Positions 25,039-35,327 of a stretch of 64,000 bases of DNA are shown one piece after another (the first letter of the stretch is position 1; the number at the start of each line of letters is the position of its first letter). Source of the DNA: an uncultured Bordetella sp. Its GTDB lineage: Bacteria > Pseudomonadota > Gammaproteobacteria > Burkholderiales > SG8-41. The notes beneath the pieces are model-generated. The model made no database searches, was not told the DNA's origin, and saw only the letters and a program-made list of their open reading frames with translations. Made by a program: the position numbers and the translations under genes. The stretch spans positions 40,454 to 104,453 of the forward strand of contig CAZHFZ010000001.1 of NCBI GenBank assembly GCA_964531455.1, in the 5' to 3' direction.

Positions 25039-26412
25039 ATGCGCTTTCAAGTCGTCATTCTCGCTGCAGGTCAGGGCAAACGGATGAACTCCGATCTGCC
25101 CAAGGTGCTGCATTCCCTCGCCGGCAAACCGCTGCTCGGTCATGTTGCCGATACCGCGCGCGAACTGGCCTCCGAACATATCTGCGTGGTTCACGGCCAT
25201 GGCGGTGAACTGGTGAAGGCTGCGCTGACAGGCGATGATCTGGCGTTTGCGTTGCAGATGCCGCAGCTTGGTACCGGGCACGCATTGCAGCAGGCCCTGC
25301 CGCATCTGACCAAGGCACCGCTGACGCTGGTGCTCTACGGGGATGTACCGCTGGTGCGCGCTGAGACCTTGCGCACCCTGCTTGAAGCGGCAGGCAAAGG
25401 CGCTGCGGTGCTGACCGCCTTAATGGATGATCCGACCGGCTACGGCCGCATCCTGCGCAACAAGGCGGGTCGCGTCACCGGTATCGTCGAGCAGAAGGAT
25501 GCCACCGCGACTCAGCGCCGCATCCGTGAAATCAATACCGGCATCATGGCGCTGCCGACGGCAAAATTGGCGCAGTGGTTGCCCAAACTGCAGAACCGCA
25601 ACGCGCAAAAAGAGTATTACCTGACGGACGTCATCGCACTTGCGGTCAAGGATCGTCTGCCGGTGACCGGCGTTCAGGCCGAAGATGCCGGCGAGACCGA
25701 AGGCGTCAACAGTCGTGTGCAACTGGCAAGACTGGAACGGGCTTATCAACAACGGCTTGCGACACAACTGCTTGAAGCTGGCGTGACGCTGGTAGACCCG
25801 CAGCGTTTTGACCAGCGCGGTACCTTGCAATGCGGTCGCGATGTGCAGATCGACATCAACTGCGTCTTCGAAGGTGCTGTGAGTCTGGCCGACGGCGTCA
25901 GCATTGGCGCCAACTGTGTGATCAAGGATGTATCGATCGGACCCGGCACGCGCATTGAACCGTTTTGCCACCTCGATGGCGCGCATATCGGTACCGGTTG
26001 CCGCATCGGGCCTTATGCGCGGATCCGGCCCGGCTCAACGCTGGCCGCCGAGGTGCATATCGGCAACTTTGTCGAGGTTAAAGCCAGCGACATCGGTGAC
26101 GGTTCCAAGGCCAACCATCTGTCCTACGTCGGAGACTCCACCGTCGGCCGTAACGTCAACATCGGCGCCGGCACCATCACCTGCAATTACGACGGCGCCA
26201 ACAAGCACCGCACGGTGATTGAAGATGATGTCCATATCGGCTCGGATGTGCAGTTGGTGGCGCCGGTTCGGGTGGCCCGTGGTGTGACGGTGGGCGCCGG
26301 TACGACGGTATGGAAAGACTCACCCGATGGCGGCCTGATCATCAATCCCAAGTCCCAGGAACACCGTCCCGGGTGGCAACGTCCGCGCAAGTCCCCAAAG
26401 GGAAAATCATGA
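25039..26412 (+). CDS. glmU: Bifunctional GlcNAc-1-P uridyltransferase / GlcN-1-P acetyltransferase
   Basis: [11 protein letters not shown]...[24 protein letters not shown], hexapeptide repeats, [13 protein letters not shown]. Confidence 0.98.
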   Translation: MRFQVVILAAGQGKRMNSDLPKVLHSLAGKPLLGHVADTARELASEHICVVHGHGGELVKAALTGDDLAFALQMPQLGTGHALQQALPHLTKAPLTLVLYGDVPLVRAETLRTLLEAAGKGAAVLTALMDDPTGYGRILRNKAGRVTGIVEQKDATATQRRIREINTGIMALPTAKLAQWLPKLQNRNAQKEYYLTDVIALAVKDRLPVTGVQAEDAGETEGVNSRVQLARLERAYQQRLATQLLEAGVTLVDPQRFDQRGTLQCGRDVQIDINCVFEGAVSLADGVSIGANCVIKDVSIGPGTRIEPFCHLDGAHIGTGCRIGPYARIRPGSTLAAEVHIGNFVEVKASDIGDGSKANHLSYVGDSTVGRNVNIGAGTITCNYDGANKHRTVIEDDVHIGSDVQLVAPVRVARGVTVGAGTTVWKDSPDGGLIINPKSQEHRPGWQRPRKSPKGKS

Positions 26413-26429
26413 TGGAGCAACGTTAAACC

Positions 26430-28256
26430 ATGTGCGGAATCGTAGGCGCCATTGCCGGGCGAGATATTGTTCCGGTGCTGATCGAAGGACTGAAACGTCT
26501 CGAATACCGCGGCTATGACTCTGCCGGCATCGCTGTCATCAACGGCAAACTGCATCGCGTCCGCAGCACCGGTCGTGTCGCGGAACTGGAGCGCGTGGCC
26601 CAGGCCGGTAACGTCACCGGTGCGATCGGCATTGCCCATACCCGTTGGGCGACGCATGGCGCGCCTTCGGAAAAGAATGCGCATCCGCATGTCTCCGGCG
26701 GTGTGTCGGTGGTGCACAACGGCATCATTGAAAACCACGATGAAATGCGCGAGAAATTGCGCGGGCTCGGTTATCAGTTTGTGTCCGATACCGACACGGA
26801 AGTCATCGCGCACCTCGTGCATTTTCATCTCAAGACCTGCAGTAATTTGTTCGAGGCGGTGCAGCACAGTTTGAAAGAACTGGTCGGTGCCTATGCCATC
26901 GCTGTGGTTGACGAAGCAGACGACCAGCATTTGATCGTCGCCCGCATGGGCGCACCGTTATTGCTCGGACTGGGAGATGGCCAGAATTTCGCCGCCTCCG
27001 ACGCTTCGGCACTGGTGCAGGTTACCCAGCGCATCGTCTACCTTGAGGAAGGTGATTGCGCGGAACTTTCACGCGATCACATCCGCATCGTTGATTTGGC
27101 CGGTAAGCCGGTGGCCCGCAAGGAACAGATCACGCAGCTGACCGCTGCGGCAGTAGAGCTCGGACCTTACAAACATTACATGCAGAAGGAAATCTTCGAG
27201 CAGCCGATGGCCGTGGCGAACACGCTGGAGATGGTGACCAATGCCAGCGCCATCGTGCCCCAGCTGTTTGGAGCCGAAGCAGAAAAAATATTCAGTAAAA
27301 TCAATGGGTTGGTGATACTGGCTTGCGGTACGAGTTACCACGCCGGGATGGTCGCACGGTACTGGATTGAATCGCTGACCGGTCTGCCCTGCTCGGTCGA
27401 GATTGCCAGCGAATATCGCTACCGCGAACCGTACAACGATCCTGATGCATTAGTGGTGACGATTTCACAATCAGGTGAAACCGCGGATACGCTGGCGGCG
27501 CTGCAATACGCCAAGCTGCGCGGCCACCGCTACAGCCTGTCGATCTGCAATGTGCCGGAATCAGCGCTGGTGCGGGCATCGGATCTACGCTTTCTGACTC
27601 GCGCCGGTCCGGAAATCGGCGTGGCATCCACCAAGGCGTTTACGACCCAGCTGGCAGCATTGGTACTGTTGACCATGGCGCTGGCGAAGCAGCGTGGCAA
27701 ACTTTCCATAGAAGGCGAGGCCCAATTACTGCATGCGTTACGCCATTTGCCGGCCGCTTTGACTCATGTACTGCAGGCAGAGCCGGCTATCGCAAAATGG
27801 GCCGAGACGTTCGCCCGGAAAGAACACATGCTGTTTCTCGGTCGCGGCATCCATTATCCGATTGCGATGGAGGGCGCGCTGAAGATGAAGGAGATTACCT
27901 ACATCCACGCCGAAGCCTATGCGGCAGGCGAGCTCAAGCATGGACCTCTGGCACTGGTCGATCGCAACATGCCAGTGGTGGCGGTGGCGCCGAAAGATGC
28001 GCTGCTGGAAAAACTCAAATCCAATCTGCAGGAAGTGCGTGCTCGCGGCGGTGAACTCTATGTGCTGGCTGATCAGGACACGCGTATCGAAGCCAGTGAA
28101 GGCGTGCATGTGATTCACCTGGCGGATCATGCCGGCCTGCTATCGCCGATCCTGCATACTGTACCGTTACAGCTGCTGGCCTATCACACGGCCCTGCACC
28201 GCGGCACCGATGTCGACAAGCCGCGAAATCTGGCCAAGTCGGTGACGGTCGAGTAG
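26430..28256 (+). CDS. glmS: Glutamine-fructose-6-phosphate aminotransferase
   Basis: [43 protein letters not shown]. Confidence 0.99.
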   Translation: MCGIVGAIAGRDIVPVLIEGLKRLEYRGYDSAGIAVINGKLHRVRSTGRVAELERVAQAGNVTGAIGIAHTRWATHGAPSEKNAHPHVSGGVSVVHNGIIENHDEMREKLRGLGYQFVSDTDTEVIAHLVHFHLKTCSNLFEAVQHSLKELVGAYAIAVVDEADDQHLIVARMGAPLLLGLGDGQNFAASDASALVQVTQRIVYLEEGDCAELSRDHIRIVDLAGKPVARKEQITQLTAAAVELGPYKHYMQKEIFEQPMAVANTLEMVTNASAIVPQLFGAEAEKIFSKINGLVILACGTSYHAGMVARYWIESLTGLPCSVEIASEYRYREPYNDPDALVVTISQSGETADTLAALQYAKLRGHRYSLSICNVPESALVRASDLRFLTRAGPEIGVASTKAFTTQLAALVLLTMALAKQRGKLSIEGEAQLLHALRHLPAALTHVLQAEPAIAKWAETFARKEHMLFLGRGIHYPIAMEGALKMKEITYIHAEAYAAGELKHGPLALVDRNMPVVAVAPKDALLEKLKSNLQEVRARGGELYVLADQDTRIEASEGVHVIHLADHAGLLSPILHTVPLQLLAYHTALHRGTDVDKPRNLAKSVTVE

Positions 28257-28273
28257 ACCGCTTCAATCCGCGT

Positions 28274-29050
28274 TCAGTGCTGGCGTCGTGGTTTTCGTCC
28301 TGATCGGGACGCCAGCGGATCGTAGATAAACCGCGGCAGCACATGCATCAGCCGCGCGACAATTGCCATCTGCCAGGGAATTACCGCGTAGGTTTTACGG
28401 CGTGCGATCAGCGTTGCGATTTTTTCCGCGGCGGTTTCGGCCGTCATGATGAACGGCATGCGGTAAGGGTTATGTGAGGTCATCGCGGTGACGATGTAAC
28501 CCGGGCAGATGGTGATCACCGTGACACCGGTCCCGCGCAATTCCACGCGCAGGCTTTCCAGGTAGCTGATGGCTGCAGCCTTGGATGCCGAGTATGCACC
28601 GGAACCCGGCAGGCCGCGATAACCGGCGACACTGGCAATGCCCACCAGCACACCGCTGCCGCGATTACGCATGGCTGCAATATACGGCTGAAAAGTGTTC
28701 ACCATGCCAATGACATTGATGTCGAGTACGTCACGAAAGGCCTGCTCGTCTTCCGGCGCTTCGGTCAGGGTGCCGATGCTGACCCCGGCATTGGCGATAA
28801 CGATATCGGGCACGCCATGCCGCGCACTGAAGTTTGCAGCGGCTGCGCGCATTGCCTTCGAGTCGCGGACATCTGCAGCATGGGTTGTGCATGGACCAGG
28901 GCAGTCTGCAGCAATTCGATCCAATTCGCCGGTGCGCCGTGCAATCAGACCGAGTGTTGCCCCTGCGCTTGAATATCGGCGGGCAATGGCGGCGCCGAGG
29001 CCGCCGGAAGCGCCGGTGATGACGACGTGTTCCAGTGGGGCTTCAATCAT
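28274..29050 (-). CDS. SDR family oxidoreductase
   Basis: ITGASGGLG, NAG, YSASKAA (YxxxK); usual neighbour of dsbA in betaproteobacteria. Confidence 0.9.
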   Translation of the reverse strand: MIEAPLEHVVITGASGGLGAAIARRYSSAGATLGLIARRTGELDRIAADCPGPCTTHAADVRDSKAMRAAAANFSARHGVPDIVIANAGVSIGTLTEAPEDEQAFRDVLDINVIGMVNTFQPYIAAMRNRGSGVLVGIASVAGYRGLPGSGAYSASKAAAISYLESLRVELRGTGVTVITICPGYIVTAMTSHNPYRMPFIMTAETAAEKIATLIARRKTYAVIPWQMAIVARLMHVLPRFIYDPLASRSGRKPRRQH

Positions 29051-29068
29051 TACGGTGCTTTGTGACGT

Positions 29069-29722
29069 TCAGCGGCTTGCCCTGACCCGGTGGATCAGAC
29101 CTTCAAGGATCTGGATCATGCCGTCGAGGGTTTCGGACAAATTCCCCGAAGTGAGATAACGGCCGTCAACCACCAGCGCTGGTGTGCCAGTAACGTTGTA
29201 GGCGCGCGTCAGTTCAATGGCTTCCTCAACCTTGCGTTGCACAGCCGCCGAGTTGTAGGTGGTATCCCAGCGTTCGCGAGCGATGCCGTTACGCACGGCC
29301 CATTCCGACATGGCTTCTGCACGGCTCATTGCCAGTTCTTCGACGTGGTAGCTGGTGTAGGCGCGCTGGTGCAGGCGGTCGACTTCACCCAGCGCTTCCA
29401 GCGTGTAGAAAACGCGGGCGTGGGGAGCCCAGCTGTCTCTGAGTACCGCCGGGATCCGCCGTACGGTGACATCTGCCGGTTTGCGGCTGATCCAGCGCTC
29501 CAGTGCCGGTTGCAAACTGTTGCAGTAAGGGCAGCCGTACCAGAAAAAATCGATGACTTCGATGATGTTGGACGATGGCACCGGCTGCGGCGCAATCAAC
29601 CGGTAATCAATGCCGGCGCGTACCGGTTTTTGAGAAGCCGGGATCTGTGCGGACGCGGGAATGGCGGACCACAGTGACAGCGTGATGGCGCAGGCGAACA
29701 GGGCCGCCAGCGCACGCTGCAT
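29069..29722 (-). CDS. Thiol:disulfide interchange protein, DsbA/DsbL family (second paralog, CPYC)
   Basis: Signal peptide, VIDFFWYGCPYC, cis-Pro loop VTGTP. Confidence 0.9.
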   Translation of the reverse strand: MQRALAALFACAITLSLWSAIPASAQIPASQKPVRAGIDYRLIAPQPVPSSNIIEVIDFFWYGCPYCNSLQPALERWISRKPADVTVRRIPAVLRDSWAPHARVFYTLEALGEVDRLHQRAYTSYHVEELAMSRAEAMSEWAVRNGIARERWDTTYNSAAVQRKVEEAIELTRAYNVTGTPALVVDGRYLTSGNLSETLDGMIQILEGLIHRVRASR

Positions 29723-29725
29723 CGC

Positions 29726-30394
29726 TTACTTGCTCCCTCTGCTCTTGCGCTGCTCGGCGATCAGGGCATCGACAACTTCGAAGAAGCGGTCGTAATCGAC
29801 ACTCTTGTCTGCCTTGAGCGTCATCGACGGTGCGGTTATAAACCGGCCGTTGATTACCAGCGCCGGTGTTCCGGGAATGTCAAACTTGCGTGTGAGTTCA
29901 ATCGAACGCTGGGTCTTGCCGTTGACGCCAAATGAATTGTAGGTGTCGGCAAATTTTTTGCGATCAACACCTTTGCTGGCTGCCCAGTCAAAAATGGCAT
30001 TCGCATCCTTGAGGTTGGCGCGTTGCTTGTGCAGGGTCGCGAACATTTCCTGGTGCAGCTTATCGATCAGACCCATCGCCTCAATGGTGTAGTAGGCACG
30101 TGTCAGCGGCACCCACGACTCCTGGAAGACGGCCGGAACATGTTTGAAATCCACATCAGCCGGCTTGCGTTTTGCCCAGGCTTCGAGTGACGGCTGCAGG
30201 TTGTTACAGTGCGGGCAGCCGTACCAGAAGAACTCCAGCACCTCGATTTTGCCGCCGCTGTCGGTCGGTTGCGGCGGGCGGACCTCGACGTAATCCTTGC
30301 CGAGGGTGATCTGCGCGGCCGGCGCTGCGGCTATAAAGCTCAGGGCAAGTCCCAAAGCAGTCAGTGTGCGCAGGAACAGAGTGGTCAATCGCAT
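29726..30394 (-). CDS. dsbA: Thiol:disulfide oxidoreductase DsbA (CPHC)
   Basis: Signal peptide, IEVLEFFWYGCPHC, IPGTPAL. Confidence 0.92.
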   Translation of the reverse strand: MRLTTLFLRTLTALGLALSFIAAAPAAQITLGKDYVEVRPPQPTDSGGKIEVLEFFWYGCPHCNNLQPSLEAWAKRKPADVDFKHVPAVFQESWVPLTRAYYTIEAMGLIDKLHQEMFATLHKQRANLKDANAIFDWAASKGVDRKKFADTYNSFGVNGKTQRSIELTRKFDIPGTPALVINGRFITAPSMTLKADKSVDYDRFFEVVDALIAEQRKSRGSK

Positions 30395-30414
30395 GGCATC
30401 TCCATAGGACAGCG

Positions 30415-31014
30415 TTATTTGTCGGCGTCGCGAACCTTGATCAGCGTGGTGTCGATGCCGTTATTCTTCAGAGTGTCGCGGGCGCGGTTCAGTTCCTCGA
30501 CACTGCCGTACGGGCCGAGACGAACACGATGCCAGACTCCGCGGTCGGGCAAGGTTGTGGTCTGGATCGAAGCCTGAACGCCGAGTAATGCCAATCTCGC
30601 CTTCAGATTGTCCGCGTCAGGCGCATTCTGGAATGCACCAGCCTGCAGGTAGAACGATTCCTTGGCAGCACTCGGCGCGGTTTTTGCGTCCCGCAATTGC
30701 TGGTCGGTCGCGGGTTCTTCGACACCAGGCAGTATTTTGTAAAAATCAAATCGTGGTTTCACTTCAGCAGTTTTGCCGTTCTTGTCAGCTGCTTTTGCCG
30801 ATTCCGCTGCGGCCTTTTTTGCATTTTCGGTCTTGGCCGGAGCTGCCTTGGGCTGGAAGGGGTTGGGCATCTTGTTGATATACCAGGCGACGCCCAGCGC
30901 GATGCCCAGTCCGAGCACCAGCCCGATCAGGATGCCGATGAACATCGAGCCGCCGCCGCTGCGCGAACCCGATTTTCGATCGTTGCCTTTGTAGTCTCTG
31001 CTCACGACGGCCAT
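30415..31014 (-). CDS. SPOR-domain cell division protein (FtsN-like)
   Basis: N-terminal TM helix, RFDFYKILP, SPOR domain YLQAGAF...WHRVRLGPY; located between argS and dsbA. Confidence 0.85.
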   Translation of the reverse strand: MAVVSRDYKGNDRKSGSRSGGGSMFIGILIGLVLGLGIALGVAWYINKMPNPFQPKAAPAKTENAKKAAAESAKAADKNGKTAEVKPRFDFYKILPGVEEPATDQQLRDAKTAPSAAKESFYLQAGAFQNAPDADNLKARLALLGVQASIQTTTLPDRGVWHRVRLGPYGSVEELNRARDTLKNNGIDTTLIKVRDADK

Positions 31015-31015
31015 C

Positions 31016-32758
31016 TTACATTTTTTCCGGTGCGGTCACACCCAGCAGGGCGAGGCCGTTGCGCAGGATCTGGCGCACGGCAAGCGCTAGTGCCAGTCGT
31101 GCGCGGGTAAGCGCAGCGTCCTCGACGAGGAAACGTTCCGCGTTGTAATAGCTGTGAAATTCGCCTGCGAGTTCCTTCAGGAAGAAGGCCACGCTGTGCG
31201 GTGCCAGGTCGCGCGCGGCGTTTTCAATGACCTCGGGATATTCCATCAGGCGTTTCAGTACGGCGGCTTCATGCGGCGACGCCAGCGGTGCAGGGTCAGC
31301 AGCGTGCAATGACGATTCGTCGCCGCCCCATTGTGTGAGCACGCTGCAGACGCGTGCGTGTGCGTATTGAATGTAATAAACGGGATTTTCGTTGCTCTGG
31401 GATTTCGCCAGATCCAGATCAAAATCAAGATGCTGGTCGCTTTTGCGCATTACGTAGAAAAAACGTGCCGCATCGTTGCCGACTTCACGGCGCAGCTCGC
31501 GCAAGGTGACGAACTCACCGGACCGCGTCGACATCGAAACCTTTTCACCGTTGCGGTAGAGCACGGCAAACTGTACCAGCGCGACATCCAGCCGCGATGC
31601 GTCCTGCCCGAGCGCCGCCAACGCGCCTTTGACCCGCGGCACATAGCCGTGGTGATCCGCGCCCCAGACATCAATGACGCGGTCGAAGCCGCGTTCAAAT
31701 TTTTCAAGGTGATAGGCGATGTCGCTGGCGAAATAGGTGTACTGACCGTTCTCACGCTGTACGACACGGTCTTTTTCGTCGCCGAAGGCGCTGGAACGGA
31801 ACCACTTGGCGCCGTCCTGCACATAGATGTGGCCGCGCTGCTCCAACTGCTCCACGGCGCGGTCCACCTGCCCGGATGTGAACAGCGAGCGTTCCGAAAA
31901 CCAGCAATCAAAAGTCACGCCGAATTCGGCGAGATCGTCACGGCAGTCGTTCAGCTGGGTGTCCAGCGCGTGACGGTGCACACGCTCGTAATCGGCATCC
32001 AGCAGCTGTTTCGCATTGGCGATCAGATCATCGAGATGGCGTTCGGGATCGGCAGTGACATCAGCTGCACCGGCGGAGGCCTGTGCCCACGTCCTGTGGT
32101 ACTTCGCCCCGTCAGCCTTGCGCAGTTCCGCCGCCATATCCCTGACGTAATCACCCTGATAGGCGTTTGGCGGGAACGCGACGGTTTCACCGCCCAGTTC
32201 GAGATAGCGCAGCCATGTCGATACCGCGAGGATGTCCATCTGCCGGCCGGCATCATTGACGTAGTACTCGCGCGATACGGCATAGCCGGCGGTTGCCAGT
32301 ATCGATGCCACGCTGGCCCCGTATGCGGCGCCACGACCGTGACCGACATGCAGCGGTCCCGTCGGGTTGGCCGACACGAACTCCACCTGGGTTTTGCGGT
32401 CTTGGCCGATATTGCTGCAGCCGTAACGGCTGCCTGAGGCCAGCACGCGGCCGACGACCTGCTGCTTGTAGCTTTCGGTCAGGAACAGGTTGATGAAACC
32501 GGTGCCGGCGATTTCCGCTTTTTCCAGATCCGGCGACGCCGGCAGGGCATCAAGAATCTTCTGGGCGATGGCCCTTGGGTTGCCGCGCAACTCCTTGGCC
32601 AGCAGCATCGCAATGTTGCAGGCGAAATCACCGTGCTGTGCCTGTTTGGGGCGGTCGAGATGAATACGGGCTGCAGTACCGGTCGGCACGACCTGTTCAA
32701 GGGCGCGCTGGATAAGTCCGGCGAGCAGGGTTCGGGCGTCGGCGGAAACAGTGGTCAT
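31016..32758 (-). CDS. argS: Arginine--tRNA ligase
   Basis: EFVSANPTGPLHVGHGRGA (HIGH-type), WGADHHGY, MSTRSG, NPVYYIQYAHAR, PEKM. Start could be the TTG at 32770. Confidence 0.98.
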   Translation of the reverse strand: MTTVSADARTLLAGLIQRALEQVVPTGTAARIHLDRPKQAQHGDFACNIAMLLAKELRGNPRAIAQKILDALPASPDLEKAEIAGTGFINLFLTESYKQQVVGRVLASGSRYGCSNIGQDRKTQVEFVSANPTGPLHVGHGRGAAYGASVASILATAGYAVSREYYVNDAGRQMDILAVSTWLRYLELGGETVAFPPNAYQGDYVRDMAAELRKADGAKYHRTWAQASAGAADVTADPERHLDDLIANAKQLLDADYERVHRHALDTQLNDCRDDLAEFGVTFDCWFSERSLFTSGQVDRAVEQLEQRGHIYVQDGAKWFRSSAFGDEKDRVVQRENGQYTYFASDIAYHLEKFERGFDRVIDVWGADHHGYVPRVKGALAALGQDASRLDVALVQFAVLYRNGEKVSMSTRSGEFVTLRELRREVGNDAARFFYVMRKSDQHLDFDLDLAKSQSNENPVYYIQYAHARVCSVLTQWGGDESSLHAADPAPLASPHEAAVLKRLMEYPEVIENAARDLAPHSVAFFLKELAGEFHSYYNAERFLVEDAALTRARLALALAVRQILRNGLALLGVTAPEKM

Positions 32759-32836
32759 TTCTGGATTCAAGGTCAGTGCCGCAAATACCCGGTTCAGGTA
32801 TTCAGCAACGCAAATGGGTGTGCGGGAAAGCGCATG

Positions 32837-32845
32837 ATTTTAACA
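32837..32845 (-). promoter_or_regulatory. Extended -10 promoter element upstream of argS
   Basis: Minus strand TGtTAAAAT in the priA-argS gap. Confidence 0.5.
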
Positions 32846-32866
32846 CGCGTGAACGGCGCTTTTCCC

Positions 32867-35047
32867 TCAGAAATCAAGTGGATCGACATCCAGAGACCAG
32901 CGCGCCGGCGTACTTTCGGCATCCGCCAGCAGTGGTCGCCAGGCATTGAGGAAAGCGCGTAATCCGGCACGGGACCGCGCTTGCACCAGCAACTGGGCGC
33001 GTTCACGACCGGCACGACGCATCATGTTGGCCGGTACCGGGTCGTACACCATGACGCCGCCATCAAGATCCGCGGCGGCGTGCGCCGCCTGTCCGAGGAA
33101 GCCCAGCGCGGTTTTGAGTTCACGCGCTTCTGCCCTTAACAAAGCCTGATGCACGTAGGGCGGGAATCCGGCCTGACGCCGCTCGGCCAACTGCTCGCGG
33201 GCAAAAGCATCGAAATCCTGATTGCGCAGCGCGGTATACAGCGGGTGATCGGGAAACTGGGTCTGGATTAGCACCATGCCGGGCGAGGCTCCTCTGCCGT
33301 CCCGACCGGCAACCTGGGTCAGCAGCGCATAAAGGCGCTCGGAGGCGCGGAAGTCGTTGCTGTAGAGCATGCTGTCGGCGTTGATCACTCCGACCAGATT
33401 CAGGTGCGGGAAGTCATGGCCCTTGGCGAGAATCTGCGTGCCGACGAGGATGTCGACATCACGTTCGCGGATGCGGGTGCGCATTTCCGGCCAAGCTTCC
33501 TTAGGCCGGGTCGTATCACGATCGATGCGCAGAATGCGCGCCTGCGGAAAAAGGCGGACCAATGCGGCCTCAATACGCTGAGTACCCTGACCCAGTGGCG
33601 CGAGGTCGGCATCGCCGCATTCGGGGCATGCAGTGGGTACCGCGCTGTCATGTCCGCAATGGTGGCAGCGCAGCCGGAGGTCGCGCAGATGCAGCACCAG
33701 CTTGGCGGAACAGCGCGCACAATTGGATATCCATCCGCAACTGCCGCACATCAGTACCGGCGCATAGCCGCGGCGATTGATGAACACCATGCTCTGCTCT
33801 TTGCGCGCGATGCGTTCGGCAATGGCGGCGATCAGCGCCGGCGACAGGCCGTCATCGGTTTTCTGCTGCCGCAGGTCGACATAGCGGATGCTCGGCAGTC
33901 CTGCCTGGATGCGGTTTTTCAGCGGCAGCAGGCGGTAACGTTCATCGATTGCATTGCGATAGGTTTCCAGCGCGGGGGTCGCGGAGCCCAGCACCACCGG
34001 GATTCCGACCTGCCGTGCACGCACCACTGCAAGGTCACGGGCCGAGTAGCGAAAGCCCTCCCCCTGCTTGAATGAACTGTCGTGTTCTTCATCAACAATG
34101 ATCAGCCCCAGATCGGGTAGCGGCGTGAATACCGATAAGCGTGTACCGAGAACGATGCGTGCGCGTCCGTTGCGCGCAGCCTGCCAGCGTTCGGCACGTT
34201 CACCATCGGCCAGGCCGCTGTGCAGCGTCGACACTACGGTCTCGGGAAATCTTGCGATCACCAGGGATTCGAGTTGTGGCGTCAAAGCGATTTCCGGTAC
34301 CAGCAGCAGTACCTGCATCTTGCGCGCGAGCGCGGTGGCCATTGCATGCAGGTAAACCTCGGTTTTGCCGCTGCCGGTGATGCCCAACAACAGCAGCGCC
34401 TGGTAATTGCCGAGCGCCTCAGAAATGGCGTTGACTGCGCTAGACTGGTCCGGCGTCAGTTGCGGTGCGATTCCGGGCGGCGGTGCAATAACTGCTGCGT
34501 CAGGCGGGGCGTCGCAGGCGGTCACCCAGCCTTCGGCAATGAAGACCTTCAAGGCCTGGCGCGTTGCGCTGCCGGCTTCGGTAATCGCAGTGTGCGGCAA
34601 CACCGATTGTTCGCGCAGCAGGCCCAACAGGGTCCGCTGCGCACGTGCGCGCGGCGGCAATCGGTCTTCAGTGAGTGCCTTGCCAGCATCGGTCAAGGTC
34701 CATGCACCGGGCGACATGCTGCGGGTGCTGACGCGGCGCAAAGCCGCCGGTAGTGTGGCCATGACCACGGCACCCAGCGGATGCACGTAATAATCGGCGG
34801 CAAACTCCAGTAGTTTGAGGTCAGCGCGATGCAACAGCGGTTCGCGATCCAGTACCGATGCGGCACGACGCAGTTTGTTTTCCGGCACATCACTGGTGCC
34901 GGGTTTTGCGACGACGATGCCGATCAGACGTTGGCTGCCGAATGGCACCAGCACCCGCGCACCGATAACCGCTGCTGTGTCGTCGCAGCGATAGTCGAAC
35001 AGGCGGTCCACCGGCACATCAAGTGCGACTCGGATCAGGCTGGTCAC
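32867..35047 (-). CDS. priA: Primosomal protein N' (replication restart helicase)
   Basis: GITGSGKTEVY, LVPEIALTPQ, VDEEHD, SATP, two Zn-binding Cys clusters, GTQILAKGHDFP, DVDP. Confidence 0.97.
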   Translation of the reverse strand: MTSLIRVALDVPVDRLFDYRCDDTAAVIGARVLVPFGSQRLIGIVVAKPGTSDVPENKLRRAASVLDREPLLHRADLKLLEFAADYYVHPLGAVVMATLPAALRRVSTRSMSPGAWTLTDAGKALTEDRLPPRARAQRTLLGLLREQSVLPHTAITEAGSATRQALKVFIAEGWVTACDAPPDAAVIAPPPGIAPQLTPDQSSAVNAISEALGNYQALLLLGITGSGKTEVYLHAMATALARKMQVLLLVPEIALTPQLESLVIARFPETVVSTLHSGLADGERAERWQAARNGRARIVLGTRLSVFTPLPDLGLIIVDEEHDSSFKQGEGFRYSARDLAVVRARQVGIPVVLGSATPALETYRNAIDERYRLLPLKNRIQAGLPSIRYVDLRQQKTDDGLSPALIAAIAERIARKEQSMVFINRRGYAPVLMCGSCGWISNCARCSAKLVLHLRDLRLRCHHCGHDSAVPTACPECGDADLAPLGQGTQRIEAALVRLFPQARILRIDRDTTRPKEAWPEMRTRIRERDVDILVGTQILAKGHDFPHLNLVGVINADSMLYSNDFRASERLYALLTQVAGRDGRGASPGMVLIQTQFPDHPLYTALRNQDFDAFAREQLAERRQAGFPPYVHQALLRAEARELKTALGFLGQAAHAAADLDGGVMVYDPVPANMMRRAGRERAQLLVQARSRAGLRAFLNAWRPLLADAESTPARWSLDVDPLDF

Positions 35048-35138
35048 GGTGTTTGAAAAGTTAGCGCGCGAAGTTCGCCGTAATTCTTGGAATGAAGGGC
35101 AAGCTGCTTATTGACAAGGCTTTTTTGCCCGGATGGTC

Positions 35139-35147
35139 TGTGGATAA
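35139..35147 (-). promoter_or_regulatory. DnaA box (TTATCCACA) in the priA-hemE gap
   Basis: + strand TGTGGATAA, perfect; followed 3 nt later by the degenerate TGTTGATCA. Confidence 0.65.
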
Positions 35148-35312
35148 GGTTGTTGATCAAATGTCCGGGTAACCAAAAAAGCGATTCATTTTTTTCTGTT
35201 ATACCTTAGCGGACTTGGTCGAGATATAAAAATATCAATAAAAACAGATATTTAGCAAATTCGTGCATCCAAAGCAAGCACAGGGGACGGGTGCACAGCT
35301 GTAACTACTTGC

Positions 35313-35321
35313 TGTGTATAA
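35313..35321 (-). promoter_or_regulatory. DnaA box (TTATACACA) in the priA-hemE gap
   Basis: + strand TGTGTATAA, matches TTWTNCACA. Confidence 0.6.
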
Positions 35322-35327
35322 GCTTTT

